Positions 52,550 through 58,100 of a DNA stretch of 64,000 bases are shown piece by piece. The DNA is from an uncultured Hyphomicrobiales bacterium (GTDB lineage: Bacteria; Pseudomonadota; Alphaproteobacteria; Rhizobiales; Xanthobacteraceae), in the NCBI GenBank assembly GCA_964620215.1, contig CAZUJE010000001.1, positions 726 to 64,725 of the forward strand, read 5' to 3'. Numbering within the stretch: the first letter of the stretch is position 1; each line of letters starts with the position of its first letter. The notes under the pieces were generated by a model that made no database searches, was not told the origin of the DNA, and saw only the letters and a program-made list of their open reading frames with translations. The position numbers and the translations under genes are program-made.

Positions 52550-54171
52550 CAGCGCACCTGCTCGATCAGCTCAGCGCCTTGCGTCACGATGCGTTGCCGG
52601 TCTTTAAGCCCCGACAGGACTAAGACGCGCTCCGCATCCAATGGAGCAATGCGGACTTCCCGTGGTTCAAAAAGTTCGGCTTCTGTGTGTTCGTAGACAA
52701 TGTGCTGACCATTACTTGCTCGAACCACCGCAGCACGAGGAACCGCGATCCCGCGATACTTATCCGTGCCGGTGGAATAGACGGTGACAAATTGGCCTGC
52801 CCACAGTGCATCTGTTGTATCGGTAACCGCGAAATGAACGGGGATCGCCTGATTGCGTCCGGCAAGACCTGCGCCGCGAAAGGATAGTTTGAGCGATCGG
52901 CCGTTCGATAGCCGTGCCGAGCTATCCGATGCCGATTGGATCGGCTCGAACGTCAGTGCTTCGACCCACAAACGGGACGTGTCGATGATTTCGAAAATGA
53001 TCGAATTTGGCTGTGCGAGTTGACCCGCAACGGTGTTTGCCGCCGCGATCACACCGGATACGGGCGCCACAAGAACTTCAGGCTCGCGGCGAGACTGCTC
53101 AAGCGCTGTCCGGCGTTCTAGAAGGCCGGTTAATTCAAGTTTTGCGTCTTCAAGCTGCGTCTTCGAGATCGCGCCACTTTTGCTCAGTTGTTCAAACCGC
53201 GTGACGCGCCGCTCCACAATGGAGATTTGCTGAAGCAATTCTCCTTCCTTCTGCCGGATGTCCGACAGGTCTATGGCTTGAATCGGTGGCGTGACAAAAG
53301 CGAGGACATCCCCTTTCTCGACTTTTGATCCAAGCGACGGGAATCCTTTGGGAGGTGCCGACAACCTTCCTGCCAATGCCGATTGCACGTATCCGCTTGC
53401 ATTAGGGTCGGAGATAATACGGCCGGGCAATTCGACTGATTTTAAATACTCACCTTCTTTCACCAACGATGTGCGAATGGCGAGCAAACGCTGCGAGGGC
53501 TTTGGGACGAATGCAGAGCCGTTAGCCAACCGTTGTGGAACGTCACGAGCGATGCGGGGGCCTTGCTGCTTTTCGTGATCTTCCCCCTCGTGTGCGTTGG
53601 CCGCAGTGCAAGCGATCACAAGCAGAAAAACTGCAAATCCCGTCAATCGACTGCGTATGCGCGGCCATCTCTTAAGCGCGAACAAAGCAACCGCCGCAAT
53701 CAAGATTGCGAGCAAAGTCGGGGCTAGCCAAGACCTGCCCTTTGCTGACGAGGGGCTACGTGTTTCCGCCGGAACGTCGATGGACAACGGGAGCACATCG
53801 ACCGTCTCTTTATCGGTCACGGTAAAGATCAAATCGTAGCGCTTCTCAGGCAGCGCCCATTTCGCAGTGAGTCGATACGTTCCGTCAGGATTTTGCTCAG
53901 CGCGGGCCGGACCGTTGAGAGTTTCCGCTTCGACCACCGCGCTTGTGATCGGCTCATTCGTAGAGAACCGGTCAAGGTAGATGTGCAGCTCACCACTCCG
54001 CAAAATTGCCACGAGCTGAAATTCGTCCGAAACAGCAACGCCTCTAGGCAAGCCGGTTCCTATAACAAGGGTTTGCTTCTCGTGATCGTGACCTTCATGA
54101 GTGTCACCGGACGTGCTTAAGCCAACGGCGGCGATGAGTCCGACAAGCAGACAAGCGAAAATTTTTGACAC
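52549..54171 (-). CDS. RND periplasmic adaptor (HlyD/MFP family) with an extra N-terminal periplasmic domain and TM hairpin
   Basis: 540-aa ORF with a GTG start and an AAGGA Shine-Dalgarno sequence. Residues ~200-540 look MFP-like (lipoyl/barrel pattern VLAFVTPP, coiled coil, APVSGVI). Residues 1-195 are described in the findings. Confidence 0.87.
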   Translation of the reverse strand: MSKIFACLLVGLIAAVGLSTSGDTHEGHDHEKQTLVIGTGLPRGVAVSDEFQLVAILRSGELHIYLDRFSTNEPITSAVVEAETLNGPARAEQNPDGTYRLTAKWALPEKRYDLIFTVTDKETVDVLPLSIDVPAETRSPSSAKGRSWLAPTLLAILIAAVALFALKRWPRIRSRLTGFAVFLLVIACTAANAHEGEDHEKQQGPRIARDVPQRLANGSAFVPKPSQRLLAIRTSLVKEGEYLKSVELPGRIISDPNASGYVQSALAGRLSAPPKGFPSLGSKVEKGDVLAFVTPPIQAIDLSDIRQKEGELLQQISIVERRVTRFEQLSKSGAISKTQLEDAKLELTGLLERRTALEQSRREPEVLVAPVSGVIAAANTVAGQLAQPNSIIFEIIDTSRLWVEALTFEPIQSASDSSARLSNGRSLKLSFRGAGLAGRNQAIPVHFAVTDTTDALWAGQFVTVYSTGTDKYRGIAVPRAAVVRASNGQHIVYEHTEAELFEPREVRIAPLDAERVLVLSGLKDRQRIVTQGAELIEQVR

Positions 54172-54233
54172 GATAGAATCCTTCGCAAATGATCTATTTC
54201 AGCCGCAGGAATGCGAGCCAAGAGAAATTCAGA

Positions 54234-54644
54234 TCAGGCGAAGGGTTTTGGAGGTTGTTCGGTAGAACTCGGCTCAGAGTGGCGAGCCGGATCAGACGAG
54301 GTAGATAAAGTAATTTTGCTCGGAAGACGCTCGATCACGGAGTCATGCGTGATCATTGCCGACGTGCAATGACAATGACCATCGCAAATGGAACAATTGC
54401 AGCTGCCATTGCAAGGCGGTTGTTCAGCGAGCGCGCTCACGAAGGAAGAAGTTTTTTCCGGATTCGCCGGGGGCTTCGCTATGCGCGTTTCGGCGGCTAC
54501 ATTGTTCTTGGCGATCTCTATCGTTGCTTGCACGACTTCGATCGAGGTCTTGTGTCCCTTGTGTGCGACGGCTTGCGTCGGCAGCCCTGCTGCGACCGCT
54601 AGAAGTGTTGTTAGCGCTAGCGCACGGAGGAAACGGATACCCAT
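54234..54644 (-). CDS. secreted Cys/His-cluster protein (first gene of the RND operon)
   Basis: 136-aa ORF with the signal peptide MGIRFLRALALTTLLAVAAGLPTQAVA, predicted mature N-terminus HKGHK, and the cluster CNGSCNCSICDGHCHC. No obvious Shine-Dalgarno sequence, so coding status is not certain. Confidence 0.6.
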   Translation of the reverse strand: MGIRFLRALALTTLLAVAAGLPTQAVAHKGHKTSIEVVQATIEIAKNNVAAETRIAKPPANPEKTSSFVSALAEQPPCNGSCNCSICDGHCHCTSAMITHDSVIERLPSKITLSTSSDPARHSEPSSTEQPPKPFA

Positions 54645-54765
54645 GTAAGCGGAATAGCCGAAAAACGATGCTCTTGGAAGTGCAAGAAACTAGGCGATTT
54701 GTTGATGGTTAGTGGCGGGAAAGAGTCAAAAGCAACGGTAGAATTGCGGGTGGCGCGGACCGTGT

Positions 54766-54784
54766 GCGTTGATACTTCTTCTAG
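54766..54784 (+). repeat. right copy of perfect 19-nt direct repeat GCGTTGATACTTCTTCTAG
   Basis: Read directly. It is identical to 48961-48979 and lies ~120 nt upstream of the first operon gene. Confidence 0.9.
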
Positions 54785-54961
54785 GAAAACCCCGGCCTCT
54801 GAAATCCTCGCCCGCACAATCTTTGACCCCGATCTGAAGTATTTCCGAGTCTGCGAAAGGGGGTCGCAGTCACTGACTTGCGGTACAGACAACGGTATCT
54901 GTTTGTCGATCCCATATCTAACAGACTGAAAATCTGAACATATTTTGAAAATTTTGCTTGC

Positions 54962-54973
54962 CCCCCTCCGCCA
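54962..54973 (+). repeat. 12-nt direct copy of the tRNA-Ser 3' end (candidate attR remnant)
   Basis: CCCCCTCCGCCA equals the last 12 nt of the tRNA (48598-48609). It sits inside the AT-rich spacer where the composition returns to core-like. Confidence 0.5.
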
Positions 54974-55192
54974 GTAGTACCCCGCGAATATTCTTTTTCC
55001 TGCCTTGATCCTTAAACGCCGAACCTGCCGACGGTATTTTCCGCGCGCGTAAATTTCCTTCGCAACGCAAGAAAGCCGCGGCTTTGGCTGCTTTCGCATG
55101 AAACGGAATTATTTTGGAAGCTGGGTTCCCCCAACACAGTCCGAACAAGATTCCATTATGATCATTCCACGCCGCAACGGTGGGAGAACTAT

Positions 55193-58100
55193 ATGCGCGC
55201 TTGGCTTTCGGCCTTTTTCGCTTTGTTTTTCTTTTTCTGCCTTTTCCTTATTCCCCTCCCGACATACGCAGCCGAAAAGCCTTACTGGCGAAGCGACCTG
55301 AACGAAGGCGCGCGCCGCGTCGAGGTCAGCGCCAAACGTGAAGCCGCAACGCAGGCAAAGCCAGTTGCCGATCTGCGAAAAGAGGTCGAGGCGGCGGCCA
55401 GCGCGAAAGATCCGGTGCTCACTTCGAGAAAATTGCTGGCGCTTGCAGGCCAAACTCCAAATGACCCCGCGGTCTGGCTGCGGCTTGCACGCACGCTGCT
55501 TGTCATTCAGACGCCGAACGCCACCCAGCGCAACGAACTGCGCGACAATGCAATCGCAACCGCCTACATCGCTTATCGCCGGGCCTCGACGAAAAACGAC
55601 GAAGCCGAGGCGCTCAGCATCGTCGGCCGCGTCTATGCCGACCGGCAGCTCTGGCGTGCTTCGCTCGACACATTGAAAGCAAGCCTTGAGTTGCGCGAGG
55701 TCGCCGAGCTTCGCACGCTCTACGACAAAATCCGCGAGGAAAATGGATTCCGCCTGCTCGATTACACCGTCGATTCCGACGCGAGCGCGCCGCGCGTCTG
55801 CATTCAGTTCTCTGAACAGCTCGCGAAGCGTACGGACTTTTCTCCGTTCATCTCGATCAATGGAATCGCAAAACCCGCGGTCACCGGTGCCGAGCGCCAG
55901 CTTTGCGCCGACGGCCTGAAACACGGCGAGCGCTACGAGGTTACAGTTCGCAGCGGCGTGCCTTCGGCAACCGGCGAAACGCTGCGCCGCCCCGCCGATC
56001 TCGTCGTGTATGTCCGCGACCGCAAGCCGAATGCACGCTTCACCGGCCGCGCCTATGTTCTGCCGCGCACCGGCCAGCGCGGAATTCCGGTTCTGACCGT
56101 GAACGCAAGCCGGGTCGGCATCGAAGTATTCCGCATCGGCGATCGCGCGCTCGTCCCCTTTGCGCTCGACGGAAATTTCCGTCAGCAGCTTGAAGGTTAT
56201 GAAGCGAACCGCATTGCCCAGAGCCGCGGCCAGCGCATCTATAAGGGCGAACTCGAAATCACTTCGGAATTGAACAAGGACACCACAACCGCATTCCCTG
56301 TCGATGAGGCGCTCGGCAATCTTGCGCCCGGTGTCTATGCGATGACCGCCGGCCTGCCCGGCGCGAAGAAAAGCAGCGACGATGACGAGGGCGATTACAC
56401 CACCAAGGCGACGCAGTGGTTCATCGTTTCCGACCTCGGCATGACATCTGTTTCAAGCGGCGACGGTCTTGATGTGATCGTTCGCTCGTTGGGAACTGCG
56501 CAGCCGGTGGCCGACGCCGAAGTGCGTCTTGTCGCAAAAAACAATGAAGTGCTGGCGACGCGCAAAACCGACGCGCAAGGTTCTGCTCGCTTTGAAAGCG
56601 GCCTCGTAAAAGGTGCTGGCGGCGCCACGCCTGCTGTCGTGATCGCGGAGAAAAAACCTGGCGATTACGCTTTTCTCTCGTTGAACGAATCTCCTTTCGA
56701 TTTTTCAGATCGCGGTGTCGCCGGACGCTCCACCCCGGGAGCGCTTGACGCGATGCTCTTCACCGAGCGCGGCGTCTATCGCACCGGTGAAACCGTGCGT
56801 CTCACGGCGCTGCTGCGCGATCCGCAGGCGCGGGCGGTTTCGAATGTGCCGCTTACGTTGATCGTTACGAAGCCGAATGGCGTCGAAGATCGCCGTCAGA
56901 CGATCAAGGAGGATCAGGTCGGCGGGCGCAGCCTTGATCTGCCGCTGCTGGCTGGTGCAATGACCGGCACCTGGCGTATCCGCGCCCATACCGATCCGAA
57001 AAGCCCTGCGGTCGGCGAGACGGCGTTCCTTGTCGAGGATTATGTGCCGGACCGCATCGAGTTCGCGCTGAAATCCGCCGCGGTTGAAATCGCGCGCGGC
57101 AAACCGGTGAACATCGATCTCGACGGACGTTATCTGTTCGGCACGCCAACCGTGAATTTTGAACCGGAAGGCGAAATCGAAATCCGCACCACGCAATTCC
57201 GTCCCGGCCTTCAGGGTTATCGCTTCGGCCTAGTGGATGATGAGTTCACCACGGTCCGCCGTCCGCTGAATGAACTTCCGCGTACCGACGCAAAGGGTCA
57301 TTCGACGCTGGCCGTGGAATTGCCGGTGGTGGCGAATTCCTCGCGCCCGATGGAAGCGCAGATTCTCGTCCGTATGGCCGAGCCGGGCGGCCGAGCGATG
57401 GAGCGGAAGCTCGTGCTTCCGGTTGTCGCGTCGGCACCGATGATTGGCGTCCGCCCGCAATTCCGTGATCGCGCAGGCGAAGGCGAAAACGCGGGCTTCG
57501 AAGTCGTGGTCGCCGACACCGACGGCAAACTGATCGCGCGCAACGGACTGAAATGGGAACTCTTCAAGATCGAGTCCCGCTACCAATGGTATCGCTCCGG
57601 CGGATCGTGGGATTACGAGCCGGTGCGCTCCACGCGCAAAATCGCGGACGGACGTCTGGACGCGGTTGCGAGCGGGCCGGTGAAAATTTCTTCGCCGGTG
57701 ACATACGGCCGTTACCGGCTTGAACTCTCCATGGCCGAAGGTGGCCCCAGCACCAGCTTCAACTTCGACGCGGGCTGGGCAGGTGAAGCCACGGCCGACA
57801 CGCCGGATCGGCTGGAACTCTCACTCGACAAAACCGAATATGCGCCGGGCGATACGCTCACCGTAAATCTGTCGCCGCGCTCAAACGGAAGCGCCACCGT
57901 GATGGTGGTCGGCGATAAAGTGCTCGCGAAAAATTACGTGCAGTCCGCCGGTGCTAATTCACGCACGACGTTCAAGGTCGGCGACGACTGGGGACCGGGC
58001 GCTTATGTCGTGGCTTTCCATCACCGTCCGATGGATGTCGCGGCGTCACGTATGCCGGGCCGTTCGGTCGGCGTTGCATGGTTTGGTGTTTCGCGCGTCC

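Larger units (their letters stand above)
48598..54973. mobile_element. putative decayed genomic islet inserted at the 3' end of tRNA-Ser(GGA)
   Basis: The segment starts at the tRNA 3' end and ends at a 12-nt copy of that end (CCCCCTCCGCCA, 54962-54973). Between them lie a truncated gene fragment and a metal-efflux operon with visibly more A/T-ending codons than the flanks. No integrase is present. Confidence 0.45.

Noticed and set aside
49051-54644. Labelling the efflux operon as cusCFBA-type copper/silver resistance.
   Set aside because: There is no CusC and no CusF-like protein. No Met-rich Cu(I) motifs are visible in the adaptor or accessory proteins. The TM4 motif differs from the CusA pattern, and the ligand-rich motifs are His/Asp/Glu/Cys. 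Only the superfamily (HME-type RND) is supportable.
54617-55099. 160-aa ORF (with neighbours 54699-54929 and 54918-55148) inside the AT-rich spacer. I considered it as a possible degraded integrase or regulator.
   Set aside because: There are no tyrosine or serine recombinase motifs, no HTH and no hydrophobic pattern. The composition is dominated by Arg/Lys/Ser from AT-rich sequence. It overlaps the start of the Cys-cluster gene and spans the repeat elements. It is most likely non-coding.
55193-55280. Possible lipobox (FFFFC) at the alpha-2-macroglobulin N-terminus.
   Set aside because: The residues before the Cys do not fit the L-[AS]-[GA]-C consensus. An AxA-type cleavage (TYA/AE) downstream is more plausible. 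The question is left open within the A2M finding.
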